Below are positions 10,109 through 19,108 of a DNA stretch of 64,000 nt, in pieces. Under the pieces are notes generated by a model that ran no database searches, had not been told where the DNA came from, and saw only the letters and a program-made list of their open reading frames with translations. Position 1 is the first letter of the stretch, and every line of letters begins with the position of its first letter. The stretch covers positions 1,662 through 65,661 of the forward strand of contig MHPP01000014.1 of the NCBI GenBank assembly GCA_001822095.1. Reading direction: 5' to 3'. The translations under genes were made by a program, and so were the position numbers. Source of the DNA: Candidatus Staskawiczbacteria bacterium RIFOXYC1_FULL_38_18. GTDB lineage: Bacteria; Patescibacteriota; Minisyncoccia; Minisyncoccales; Staskawiczbacteraceae.

Positions 10109-10132
10109 AGACCAATTCGCGCGAATTGGTCT
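10109..10132. repeat. Perfect 24-bp palindrome AGACCAATTCGCGCGAATTGGTCT
   Basis: Self-complementary, intergenic between convergent genes. Confidence 0.85.
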
Positions 10133-10170
10133 ATTAATTTTAAAGTATAAAAATAAGGTTACTAACAAAA

Positions 10171-10440
10171 TTACTGACAAAAAAGTTTAATGGCACGTTT
10201 TATATCGGTCGGCGCGTTTTTGTTTAAGCCATAAAATACATGTCCTTTTTTTCCGTTACTTTCCAAAAAATTTAGGTTGTGTAAAATTATTAAATGTTTT
10301 GATGTTGATTTTACGGCGATTTCTAATTCTTCGGCTATTTTTGTCACGCTCAAATTCGTTCCGCCAGAAAGCATTTTAATTATTTTAAGACGATTAATAT
10401 TCGCCATTGCTTTAAAAATATTAACCCATCGCTTATTCAT
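10171..10440 (-). CDS. ArsR/SmtB family transcriptional regulator
   Basis: FKAMANINRLKII...SKHL winged helix. Confidence 0.85.
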   Translation of the reverse strand: MNKRWVNIFKAMANINRLKIIKMLSGGTNLSVTKIAEELEIAVKSTSKHLIILHNLNFLESNGKKGHVFYGLNKNAPTDIKRAIKLFCQ

Positions 10441-10450
10441 GTTTTATAAT

Positions 10451-10783
10451 TTAGCCTTTTGATAATAAAATAATTGCGACAAAAGCGAAAATAATTCCAA
10501 CAATACCTGTGAGGCTTAATTTTTCGTTGAAAAGCAAAACGCCAATTAAAATTGTGGTCAGCAGGCTAAAAACCGACCACAGGGTTCCAACAATTGAGAG
10601 CTGATTTTTTTGTAATATTGCGGGAAGCCATGCAAGCACACCGGCGGAGTAGGCGATTAAGATATAAATTACGTAAATAAATTTTGGGCTTAACGCAAAC
10701 CTTTTTGAGAGAAATTCACCAACTGCAAAAAATATTGCGGAAATAATAAGCCAAATAATGTAATTTATTGATGAAAAATTCAT
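10451..10783 (-). CDS. SMR/DMT (EamA-like) small membrane transporter
   Basis: Four TM segments, GVLLFNEKLS. Confidence 0.75.
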   Translation of the reverse strand: MNFSSINYIIWLIISAIFFAVGEFLSKRFALSPKFIYVIYILIAYSAGVLAWLPAILQKNQLSIVGTLWSVFSLLTTILIGVLLFNEKLSLTGIVGIIFAFVAIILLSKG

Positions 10784-10827
10784 ATTATTACTTAATTTTA
10801 GCAAGTCCTATAAATCCCCGCAAGGGC

Positions 10828-10856
10828 TTGACACGAACACATAATAGTGCTATAAT
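10828..10856 (+). promoter_or_regulatory. Sigma70 promoter TTGACA-17-TATAAT with extended -10
   Basis: Perfect consensus upstream of 10953. Confidence 0.85.
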
Positions 10857-10952
10857 AAATTATAGGCTAAATTAGCCTTTGCACATCAAAAAACACCGCG
10901 ACGTAGCGGTGCAAACACTAGTTTTAACTTTTTTTTAGAAGGGTCATTACCA

Positions 10953-11858
10953 ATGGCTTCCGCTACGATTGCCCACACCGACGTCTTCGCTATTCGCGAG
11001 TTCGTGGACACGGAGATGATGCACGCGTCCGACACACGTTTGGTCGATTTTTACCTCGCCCACGCGGAGGTGATTGAGGTGCTGGCCGAGGAGGGCGATG
11101 CTGACGCTCGGGCGTTCATCAAGACGGCCGAGCGGGCGCAGGATCGGCTCAACGAAGCCGCACAGGCCGAAGGGGTTAAGGAGCGACGTCAGCGCGAGAA
11201 CCGCCAAAAGTTGGCGGTGGTGCTGGAAGAAAACGGGTACACCGAGGCGTCGGCCATCATCAGCTTGCTCGGGGAGATTGTCGCCAACAAGGTGGCAGTT
11301 CCTGGGGCAAGGCAAACGCTCGGCGAAGCTCTGACGGCTGGTGGCGGAGGAATTTGGACTCGCGCCGGCTGGGCTGTCTATTACAAGACGCTTCGACCGA
11401 TTGCCGAGGCCGTCGAGATAGAGAGCGACCAGTCCGCGCAGGCTGAGCAAGACGCTCGGAATGCCCAGGAGGCGGAACAGAAGTCCGCCACCGAAGAAAA
11501 GGCACTCTTCCTTCTCGGGTTCTTGCTCCGGGCCCTTTCGGCGGTCAGCAATGACTCGCTGGCAAATGACGGCATCCGGGGTGCAGAAATTGCCCTGGAA
11601 CGATCGAAGCCAGCCAGGGAGTGGAGCTGGTGGTTGCTCTCCGCAGTGGATCGGCTTATTGCCAGGGGCGAGCTCGTCCCCTGGGACGAGCAGAGCCAAA
11701 AGGCCGAGGGATTCATTGCTCGACTTCAGAGTGAAGTTGAGAAGGGGATTAATCTGCACCGCGCCGCCAATAATCAGCGCAAGCTGGAAAAGCAAGCTCG
11801 GCAGGCTGCTAATCGTGCCTCGCGCAATGGCTCCTGCAAGAGCGGAAAGAAAAAATAG
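10953..11858 (+). CDS. GC-rich helical hypothetical protein
   Basis: 301-aa ORF with its own promoter, AGAAGGG leader and terminator; Ala/Glu/Arg-rich. Confidence 0.75.
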   Translation: MASATIAHTDVFAIREFVDTEMMHASDTRLVDFYLAHAEVIEVLAEEGDADARAFIKTAERAQDRLNEAAQAEGVKERRQRENRQKLAVVLEENGYTEASAIISLLGEIVANKVAVPGARQTLGEALTAGGGGIWTRAGWAVYYKTLRPIAEAVEIESDQSAQAEQDARNAQEAEQKSATEEKALFLLGFLLRALSAVSNDSLANDGIRGAEIALERSKPAREWSWWLLSAVDRLIARGELVPWDEQSQKAEGFIARLQSEVEKGINLHRAANNQRKLEKQARQAANRASRNGSCKSGKKK

Positions 11859-11879
11859 CGGAGACCCGTTCTCCGCCAG

Positions 11880-11923
11880 TCCCTCCTTCGCGAATTAACT
11901 TTCGCGGGGGAGGGAATTTTTTT
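11880..11923 (+). terminator. Intrinsic terminator
   Basis: TCCCTCCTTCGCGAA-loop-TTCGCGGGGGAGGGA followed by a T-run. Confidence 0.8.
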
Positions 11924-13316
11924 ATATTTTCTTAATAGTAGCGCCGAATTTTGTGTCCTCAATCATATAGCCCTGTTTTTCAAGTTCCTTGCGAATTTCG
12001 TCGGATTTTTGCCAGTTTTGATTTCTTCTAGCTGTTTCTCTTTCCTTCAAAAGTTTTTTAATTTTAGCGGGGACTGTCAGACTTATTTTTTTAAAATCAA
12101 TAATCCCAAAAATTTTATTTATTTCCTCAAAAAACTTATAGATTTTGGTTGATTCTTTTTTGGAGATTTTTTCCTCATCTAAGAGCTGGTTTGCTTTTTT
12201 AATAAATTCAAACATAACCGCAAAGGCTTTTGGGGTGTTAAAATCATCGTCAAGCTCTTTATAGAAATTTACTTTAAAATTCTTAATCAGGTTTTTTATT
12301 TTTTTTGCTCCCCTTATTGTTTTTACTAATTTAATTCTTCGCAGAAACTCTTCAATTTTGGAGACAGCAGACTTAACTTCAATCATTGCGGATTCGGAAT
12401 AATCCATTGGCGAAGACCATAAATTTTTAGAAACATAAAATCTCAAATAATTTGCAGGGCATCTTTTTAAGAAATCACTTATGGTAATAAAATTTCCTGA
12501 AGACTTGGACATTTTTTGTCCGCCCACAGTTAAAAACCCCACATGCATCCAATATTTTACCAGCGGGCTCTTGCCTGAAATAGCCTCCATTTGGCTTATC
12601 TCCGCTTCGTGGTGGGGGAATATTAAGTCTCTGGCGCCTCCATGGACATCATATTGCGGGCCAAAAAACCTCTCTGTTATAGCGGTGTCCTCAATGTGCC
12701 AGCCTGGGCGCCCTTGACCAAGGGAAGAAGCCCAGCTTGGTTCTAATCCTTCCTGCTTAAACTTCCACAAACAAAAATCGCCCCGGTTTCTTTTATTTTT
12801 GCTGTAATCAATTCGCGAAACGGCGTCTTCAGCGGCCAAAGCCGTACGTCCGGAAAGTTTACCATATTTTTTAAATTTTGAAATATCAAAGTAAATTCCG
12901 TCCTCGGCAATTTCATAGGCAAAACCTTTTTCTTGAAGCCTTTTTATTTGACTTATTATTTCCTTAATATAGCTTGTAGCCTTGGCATATTTTGAAACGC
13001 TTGTAATTCCAAGATTTTTCATATCTTTTAAATATTCATTTTCAAAAGCCACTGCCAGATCCTTTGGACTAACGCCCCTTTCTCGCGAACGCGCAATTAT
13101 CTTGTCATCCAAATCTGTTACGTTTTGCAGATAAAAAACCTTAAAGCCAATATGTTTTAAATATTTTACAAAAATATCAAAAACAATATAATTTCTGGCG
13201 TGCCCCAAATGAGAATAGTCGTAAACCGTCGGGCCGCAGACGAACAGATTTATTTTTTTACCGCCAACAGGCTTTATTAGGTCTTTTTTTCCGGTTAAAG
13301 TATTAAATATTTTCAT
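11922..13316 (-). CDS. cysS: Cysteinyl-tRNA synthetase
   Basis: CGPTVY, HLGH, GRPGWHIE, KMSKS. Confidence 0.97.
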   Translation of the reverse strand: MKIFNTLTGKKDLIKPVGGKKINLFVCGPTVYDYSHLGHARNYIVFDIFVKYLKHIGFKVFYLQNVTDLDDKIIARSRERGVSPKDLAVAFENEYLKDMKNLGITSVSKYAKATSYIKEIISQIKRLQEKGFAYEIAEDGIYFDISKFKKYGKLSGRTALAAEDAVSRIDYSKNKRNRGDFCLWKFKQEGLEPSWASSLGQGRPGWHIEDTAITERFFGPQYDVHGGARDLIFPHHEAEISQMEAISGKSPLVKYWMHVGFLTVGGQKMSKSSGNFITISDFLKRCPANYLRFYVSKNLWSSPMDYSESAMIEVKSAVSKIEEFLRRIKLVKTIRGAKKIKNLIKNFKVNFYKELDDDFNTPKAFAVMFEFIKKANQLLDEEKISKKESTKIYKFFEEINKIFGIIDFKKISLTVPAKIKKLLKERETARRNQNWQKSDEIRKELEKQGYMIEDTKFGATIKKI

Positions 13317-13972
13317 TGAAGTTTGTTGAGTTGTTTGTTTATAAGTTTGTTTTTAATATACCCCTTACTTTTTAGGTCCATTACTCGCGTGAGAATGCTT
13401 AAAAATGTGAAAATAAGGCTGAACCATAAGGTATCAATAAAAATCTCAGACGGAGCCTTGGGAAAAGCCAGTAAAATAGCAATAAAAACAATTGATTGCA
13501 AAACCATTTTTGTTTTGCCAAAAATATTTGACTCCAAATAAATTTCTTTTGACTTATAAAATATTGAGGCAAAGGCGTTTATTATTTCCACTAAAATAAT
13601 AGCCAAAAGGAGCCACTTGTGTTGTGAAAATAAGCTATAAACCGCAATTGGCAGGATCAGAAGCCTGTCGGCGGTTGAGTCAAGCATGGCCCCAAATTCT
13701 GTAACACGGTCGGTGCCTCTTGCCACCGGGCCGTCAAGAAGGTCTGTAAACACGCCGATGCAGAAAAGCGCGAGTATTAATGTTTTATTTTCCACGTTAA
13801 AGAAAAATAAAAGAGCAAATAAAAGCACCGCCAAAAAAACCCGCGTCCATGTTAAATGGTTTGGTGTAATTTTTCTTGGCCAGCGTGGCTTTATGAACAA
13901 AAATAAGAATTTATCCCGATAGCTGTCTACCTTTTCCAAAAAATTTTGAAGATTGCCTAAAAATTTTTTCAT
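13313..13972 (-). CDS. CDP-alcohol phosphatidyltransferase
   Basis: TPNHLT; DLLDGPVAR...FGAMLDSTAD signature. Confidence 0.9.
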   Translation of the reverse strand: MKKFLGNLQNFLEKVDSYRDKFLFLFIKPRWPRKITPNHLTWTRVFLAVLLFALLFFFNVENKTLILALFCIGVFTDLLDGPVARGTDRVTEFGAMLDSTADRLLILPIAVYSLFSQHKWLLLAIILVEIINAFASIFYKSKEIYLESNIFGKTKMVLQSIVFIAILLAFPKAPSEIFIDTLWFSLIFTFLSILTRVMDLKSKGYIKNKLINKQLNKLQ

Positions 13973-14017
13973 AAGCGAATTATGCTATTTTAGCAAACTT
14001 CCCAAAGAAGTTCAATT

Positions 14018-14590
14018 ATGATAAGCTTATTTAAGGATATGAAACTTTTTAATGTAATTTTTGCGCTTGTTACTGGCGTATTTGTTGCCTGGCTGGCAAG
14101 TGATTTTGTTAGCGCGAAATACAACGTTTTTTTGTTTATATTTTTTCCGGTTTTTTCCGTGTTTTGTCTTTGGCTGGCTGAAATAGTGGGCAGAAAGATT
14201 TTTATTGTGCGACAAATGGCGCGTTTTGTGCTTGTTGGCGGATTTGCGGATATAATAGACATTAAGGTTTATTTATTATTATTTTGGTTAATCCCTGCGA
14301 GTTTATTAATTAAGTCAATTTCCTTTTTAATTGCTGTGGCAATAAAATATTTTGGAAATAAATATTGGGTGTTTAATAATGATGCGGGGCATAGTATAAA
14401 AGAAATGAGTAAATTTTTGGCTGTTACGGCAATTGGATTAATAATAAACGTGGCGAGTTTTTATTTTATTACGCAAATTAAAACTGGTTTGCCGATGAAA
14501 ATTTGGACAGAGATTTCCATAATAATCGCAGCGCTGGTTGCGTCAGTCTGGAATTTTCTTTGTTATAAATTATTGGTTTTTAAGAAATAA
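14018..14590 (+). CDS. GtrA family membrane protein
   Basis: RFVLVGG, NKYWVF, WNFLCYKLLVF. Confidence 0.8.
   Translation: MISLFKDMKLFNVIFALVTGVFVAWLASDFVSAKYNVFLFIFFPVFSVFCLWLAEIVGRKIFIVRQMARFVLVGGFADIIDIKVYLLLFWLIPASLLIKSISFLIAVAIKYFGNKYWVFNNDAGHSIKEMSKFLAVTAIGLIINVASFYFITQIKTGLPMKIWTEISIIIAALVASVWNFLCYKLLVFKK
14200..14217 (+). repeat. Polar motif TTTTATTGTGCGACAAAT (coding copy)
   Basis: 18/18 identical to 54736-54753. Confidence 0.75.
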
Positions 14591-14593
14591 ATT

Positions 14594-14703
14594 ATGGAGC
14601 AGGAGATAAAACAGTGCCAAAATTGCAAGAAAGAGTTCGTCATCGAGCCCGACCGCCCGGAAATAGTTTACTGCGAAGCTGTTACAACGCAGAAGTAGCA
14701 TAA
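14594..14703 (+). pseudogene. Collapsed remnant of a CPR-type zinc-ribbon protein
   Basis: MEQEIKQCQNCKKEFVIEPD joined directly to RPEIVYCE, then CYNAEVA* in a shifted frame. Confidence 0.55.
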
Positions 14704-14758
14704 ATAGAAACGATTGCGATACTATTATTCCAAAAAAAATTGGAATGACACTAAGAAA

Positions 14759-15025
14759 ATGGAGGACAAAGATTTAATAAAAATTTTAAAAGCTGTGGCA
14801 AATGAAAATCGTTTTATAATTTTAAAATGTTTGTGTAAAAGCAAAGAGTTATCGGTGGGGGATTTAGCCGAGATGACCAAATCGCCGTTTAGAAGCGTTT
14901 CGAGCGATATATCTGTTTTGAGAAAGGCTAATTTAGTCCAAACCAGAAATCACTGCTCTAATCGTCTTTATTCAATTAATAACTCAAGTTTCCTAAAAGG
15001 GTTATTCCAATATTTTCTGGAATAG
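14759..15025 (+). CDS. ArsR family transcriptional regulator
   Basis: LKAVANENRFIIL...LSVGDLA. Confidence 0.8.
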   Translation: MEDKDLIKILKAVANENRFIILKCLCKSKELSVGDLAEMTKSPFRSVSSDISVLRKANLVQTRNHCSNRLYSINNSSFLKGLFQYFLE

Positions 15026-15083
15026 CAGATAGAAAATGACAATGTAATAAAATAATAGGTGATAATAAAAAATAAAAATAATT

Positions 15084-16178
15084 ATGGCGGTTTTATATAG
15101 AAAATATCGGCCACAGAGTTTTGCGGAAGTTATAGGGCAGGAGCACGTGGCCCAAACCTTGACTAATTCAATAACGGGGAAAAATATTTCTCACGCCTAT
15201 TTGTTTTGCGGACCAAGGGGAAGTGGCAAAACAACAATTGCCAGATTGTTTGCTAAGGCAATAAATTGCGAAAAACCGGATGGAGCCGAGCCTTGCAACA
15301 AGTGTTCTTCGTGCATGGAAATTATGCAGGGACGAAGTATGGATTTGATAGAAATTGACGCGGCTTCCCACACCGGCGTGGACGACGTGAGGCAATTAAT
15401 CGAAGGAATAAAATTTGCCCCGGTAAAGTCAAAATATAAAATATTTATTATTGACGAATGTCACCAGCTCTCAAAATCTGCCGCAAACGCTTTACTAAAA
15501 ACCCTGGAAGAGCCCCCCACTCACGCGATATTTTTGCTGGCAACAACCGAGGCCCACAAAATGATTGCAACCATAATTTCAAGATGCCAAAGGTTTGATT
15601 TTAAAAAACTTCAAATATCTGAAATTATAAAAAAACTGGAATTTATTGCAAAAAAAGAAAACGTAAAATTTGATGATTCGGCATTGTCTTTAATAGCCCT
15701 AAACGCGAGAGGCTCCTTTCGCGATGCCGAATCCTTGATGGACCAGTGCATAAATTTTTCTGGAAGCGGAGCAACCGTTAAAACGGATGACATAAAGGAG
15801 CTTTTGGGAATTGTTGAAGTGGGCCAGATTTCAAAATTTGTTGATTTGCTTATTTCAAAATACGCCAAAAACTCTATTTTATTTTTAAACGAAATGGCAG
15901 AGGGTGGCGTTGATTTGCCTGAATTTGCCAAAACACTGGTTTTTTATTTGCGAGAGTGCCTGCTTTTGAAAATAAACCCCGAATTTTTGAATGCGAAAGG
16001 ATCCGGCTTGTCGGGCGAAGAAATAGAGAAAATAAAATCTCAAACCGCAGGCCTTACTGACAAACAAATTCAAAATATGCTGGAATTATTTATTGACGCG
16101 GAAAACAAAATGAAATACTCGTCCATAATCCAACTTCCCCTTGAATTGGCGGTTATAGATGCTACAAATGCCGAATAA
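15084..16178 (+). CDS. dnaX: DNA polymerase III subunit gamma/tau
   Basis: LYRKYRP, GPRGSGKT, EIDAAS, IIDECH, SRCQRF. Confidence 0.97.
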   Translation: MAVLYRKYRPQSFAEVIGQEHVAQTLTNSITGKNISHAYLFCGPRGSGKTTIARLFAKAINCEKPDGAEPCNKCSSCMEIMQGRSMDLIEIDAASHTGVDDVRQLIEGIKFAPVKSKYKIFIIDECHQLSKSAANALLKTLEEPPTHAIFLLATTEAHKMIATIISRCQRFDFKKLQISEIIKKLEFIAKKENVKFDDSALSLIALNARGSFRDAESLMDQCINFSGSGATVKTDDIKELLGIVEVGQISKFVDLLISKYAKNSILFLNEMAEGGVDLPEFAKTLVFYLRECLLLKINPEFLNAKGSGLSGEEIEKIKSQTAGLTDKQIQNMLELFIDAENKMKYSSIIQLPLELAVIDATNAE

Positions 16179-17133
16179 AAAAATTATTGTTGTGATGGCA
16201 ATGGCCGGTTTTTTATTGTTTTGCGCGCCCCATGCGGAAAGTTTGCGCGGAACACTGGACAAAAAATTAGAAAAAAATTATGTGCGGATTATGTTTGCGG
16301 GGGATTTGATGTTTGATAGAGGAATTAGATATTATGCGGAAAAAAACGGAGGAAACGACTATATTTTCGAAAAAGTTTCAGACCTGCTAAAACAAAACGA
16401 TTTAAATGTTGTAAACCTAGAGGGACCCATAACAAACAATAAATCCGTAAGCTCGGGAACTGCTCCCGGGAGTGAAAATAATTATAAATTTACTTTTGAC
16501 AAAGGTATTGCCAAAACCTTGTTTGACCAAAATATAAAAATTGTAAATTTGGGAAATAATCACATTGAAAATTTTGGTTATGCCGGGCTTAACCAAACTA
16601 AAAAATATTTGGACGAGGCAGGGGTAGATTATTTCGGCGCCCCTGATTATCCGCGTAGCATTTCAACGGAAATTAACGGAATAAAAATAACTTTTGTAAA
16701 CTATAATGAATTTTCTGCGTTGCAAGAAAACGAAGCGCCAGAAACAATAAATGAAATTCAAAAAACCAAAGGGTTTTCCGACCTAATAATTATTTATTGC
16801 CACTGGGGAGTTGAATACGCGCCTGAGCCAACAGAGGAACAAAAACAGCTGGCTCGGGAATTTATAGACAGCGGAGCAGATTTGGTTATTGGCTCGCATC
16901 CTCACGTAATTCAAACAACAGAAACATATAAAAACAAGAGAATTTATTATTCTCTTGGAAACTTTATTTTTGACCAGTATTTTGACGAAGGTGTGCGCAA
17001 GGGATTGGGAGTTGTGGTAAAAATAGACAAAACAACAAGAGGGATGGGTTTTGCGGAAAAAAACTTTTATTTGCAAACCGGCGGGCAGACCATAGTTTTA
17101 TCTCCTGCGCTTTTTCCTGAAGAGCAAAAATAA
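16168..17133 (+). CDS. CapA/PgsA family metallophosphoesterase
   Basis: GDLMF, NLEG, GNNH, HWG, GSHPH, YSLGNF. Confidence 0.9.
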   Translation: MPNKKIIVVMAMAGFLLFCAPHAESLRGTLDKKLEKNYVRIMFAGDLMFDRGIRYYAEKNGGNDYIFEKVSDLLKQNDLNVVNLEGPITNNKSVSSGTAPGSENNYKFTFDKGIAKTLFDQNIKIVNLGNNHIENFGYAGLNQTKKYLDEAGVDYFGAPDYPRSISTEINGIKITFVNYNEFSALQENEAPETINEIQKTKGFSDLIIIYCHWGVEYAPEPTEEQKQLAREFIDSGADLVIGSHPHVIQTTETYKNKRIYYSLGNFIFDQYFDEGVRKGLGVVVKIDKTTRGMGFAEKNFYLQTGGQTIVLSPALFPEEQK

Positions 17134-18027
17134 AACCAATAACGCGCCAGGTATGCCAAATATATAATAAATTGAAGCCTCGCTGTTTAGAAGCCTCGCT
17201 AAGGCGTCCATAAGAGAGGCGGTTGTTTTTGATGGGTCTATGGGAAACTCATCCTTTAAATCATCTGTGCCATCTTTGTCTGTGTCTGCATCTGCCGGGC
17301 TTGTTCCGGAAATAATTTCCTCTTGGTCTTTTATTCCATCATTGTCGGTGTCTGCTGATAATGGATTTGTTCCATAGTCAAACTCTTCCTCAAAATCAAA
17401 TATTCCGTCGTTATCATCGTCTAAATCTTTAACATCCCCAAGCCCATCTTTGTCGGTGTCTTGCCATTCGGTTTTATCTTTTGGAAAAGCGTCGGCACCG
17501 TCTTTTGCATGGTCGCCGTCTGTATCGGCAAGCAGGGGATTTGTGCCGGAGCTTATTTCCTGGTCGTCACTCAAGCCATCGTTGTCGTCATCCGCATCCT
17601 TCTGGTTTCCGGACCCGTCCTTGTCGGTGTCTGAATCAACAAAATACTCCTTTTTCAGCGCGGTGTTGTTTTCCAGATTTTCGTCGCTCGGGTTTTCGGA
17701 AATAATTTTTGCTGTTATGCTGTGCGAACCCGCGCTAATCTTGTAATCAATAAAAACGTCGTCATAGTTATTTGTTCGCACAGAAATTGGTTGCGGATCT
17801 GATATTTCCTTACCGTTGCTTAAAAAAACAACATGCCCGTAAACATCTGTGTCGCCGGTATTTAAAACCCGCGCGAACATTCTTATTATTTCGCCCTCCA
17901 TGGCGTTTTCCTTTGAAAACGTAATGTCATTTTCGGTTATTGACAAATCTGTTTTTGCAAGAGAAACGTCCGCGGAAAACAAAATAACTAACGAGAAAAC
18001 AACAATAAAAAGGAGAAGTCTTTTCAT
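17098..18027 (-). CDS. Surface protein with CARDB-like Ig domain and TSP3-like Ca-binding DxDxDG repeats
   Basis: Signal peptide, many DTDxDG/GTNP repeats, C-terminal TM and RKKRRR. Confidence 0.8.
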   Translation of the reverse strand: MKRLLLFIVVFSLVILFSADVSLAKTDLSITENDITFSKENAMEGEIIRMFARVLNTGDTDVYGHVVFLSNGKEISDPQPISVRTNNYDDVFIDYKISAGSHSITAKIISENPSDENLENNTALKKEYFVDSDTDKDGSGNQKDADDDNDGLSDDQEISSGTNPLLADTDGDHAKDGADAFPKDKTEWQDTDKDGLGDVKDLDDDNDGIFDFEEEFDYGTNPLSADTDNDGIKDQEEIISGTSPADADTDKDGTDDLKDEFPIDPSKTTASLMDALARLLNSEASIYYIFGIPGALLVLFLLFRKKRRR

Positions 18028-18044
18028 TATTATATTTTACCAAT

Positions 18045-18076
18045 AAAAAACAGGGGATTCAACCCCTGATTTTTTT
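18045..18076. terminator. Bidirectional-type hairpin terminator
   Basis: A-run, CAGGGG-ATTCAA-CCCCTG, T-run. Confidence 0.6.
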
Positions 18077-18151
18077 CGCGTTTGGATTGTATCTGGCTTT
18101 GGCTTTCTTTTTTACTTTTCTTAACTGTCTTTTTCTATTTGCCCATGTCAT
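18059..18151 (-). CDS. Small basic peptide MTWANRKRQLRKVKKKAKARYNPNAKKIRG (30 aa)
   Basis: ATG-to-TGA ORF below the ORF-track cutoff, between tRNA-Gln and a terminator; 13/30 K+R. Confidence 0.55.
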   Translation of the reverse strand: MTWANRKRQLRKVKKKAKARYNPNAKKIRG

Positions 18152-18181
18152 ATGTCTTTTGTTTATTTAATAATAGCTTAG

Positions 18182-18252
18182 CTGCGGGACTTGGATTCGA
18201 ACCAAGATACTAGCCTCCAAAGGGCCATGTCCTACCATTAGACGATCCCGCA
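18182..18252 (-). tRNA. tRNA-Gln(TTG)
   Basis: TGCGGGA/TCCCGCA acceptor stem, TGGCC-CTTTGGA-GGCTA anticodon arm, GGTTCGAATCC T-arm; CCA not encoded. Confidence 0.95.
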
Positions 18253-18320
18253 ATTAATTATTTATATTTTACCTTATTTTATCAAATATTTCAATATATG
18301 AACAAAAAGCAGGGAATCTA

Positions 18321-18350
18321 TTGACAGGGTATACCCCTATGGAGTATAAT
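18321..18350 (+). promoter_or_regulatory. Promoter TTGACA-18-TATAAT overlapping CsoR-type operator ATACCCCTATGGAGTAT
   Basis: ATAC..C-tract/G..GTAT pseudo-palindrome at 18331-18347, directly upstream of csoR. Confidence 0.8.
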
Positions 18351-18356
18351 TGTAAT

Positions 18357-18638
18357 ATGGAACATAAACATAATAATTCTCATGCGCAAAAGGCGACAAG
18401 GCGCCTTAGAATTGTTGCGGGGCAAATAAAAGGACTGGAAAAAATGGTTCAGGAGGATAAATATTGCGTTGATATTATCAACCAATCCCTTGCGGTAAAA
18501 CAGGCCTTATCAAGCTTTGAGGATTTTATATTAAAAAACCATTTGTCTACCCATGTGGTTAGCCAAATGAAGTCCGGCAACTCCAGCAAAGCGATTGATG
18601 AAATACTTTCTATTTATCGCCTGTCTAAAAAGAAATAG
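18357..18638 (+). CDS. csoR: CsoR/RcnR family copper-sensing repressor
   Basis: RLRIVAGQIKGLEKM, YCVDI, NHLSTH. Confidence 0.85.
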   Translation: MEHKHNNSHAQKATRRLRIVAGQIKGLEKMVQEDKYCVDIINQSLAVKQALSSFEDFILKNHLSTHVVSQMKSGNSSKAIDEILSIYRLSKKK

Positions 18639-18673
18639 GGCAAAGTAAATTAATATTATTTAATAAATTATTA

Positions 18674-18937
18674 ATGGACAACAATCAAAACAATAATAAT
18701 GACATGGGCGGCAAAATGATGTGGATAATGATGCTTTGCTGCATTGCGCCGATTTTATTTATCTTTTTAAGCGGGGCCATAGCCAGCAGAGGAAATTGGA
18801 TTACGATAGTTATTACGGGAATTTTTGTAATAGGATATCTTGTAATAATGAATAAGATGCACAGTAGCCACGGCCATAAATCAGTCAAAGGAAAATCAGA
18901 CGATTCACACAACTCACACGGCCACGGATGCCATTAG
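18674..18937 (+). CDS. Small 2-TM protein with CC motif and His-rich tail
   Basis: MMLCCIAP; HSSHGH...HGHGCH. Confidence 0.7.
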   Translation: MDNNQNNNNDMGGKMMWIMMLCCIAPILFIFLSGAIASRGNWITIVITGIFVIGYLVIMNKMHSSHGHKSVKGKSDDSHNSHGHGCH

Positions 18938-18957
18938 TTTATTAATTAAAATTTTTA

Positions 18958-19099
18958 GTGTATTATTGGCTGGTCAAACAAGCTAGGGGGGACAACTCAC
19001 GATAATGGAAATCAGGCGATAGATATTTTAAGAGAACGATACGCGAAGGGAGAAATCAATAAAGAGGAATTTAAAGCTAAGAAAAAAAATTTAAGCTAA
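18958..19099 (+). pseudogene. Frameshifted SHOCT-domain membrane protein remnant
   Basis: AIDILRERYAKGEINKEEF in one frame, VYYWLVKQ in another; G6 tract at 18986-18991. Confidence 0.55.
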
Positions 19100-19108
19100 T
19101 ACATATCT

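Noticed and set aside
10947-11795. Long antisense ORF (282 aa), and similarly 9489-9950, 51959-52528 and 55609-56124
   Set aside because: Shadow frames of GC-rich genes; promoter, SD and terminator support the opposite strand
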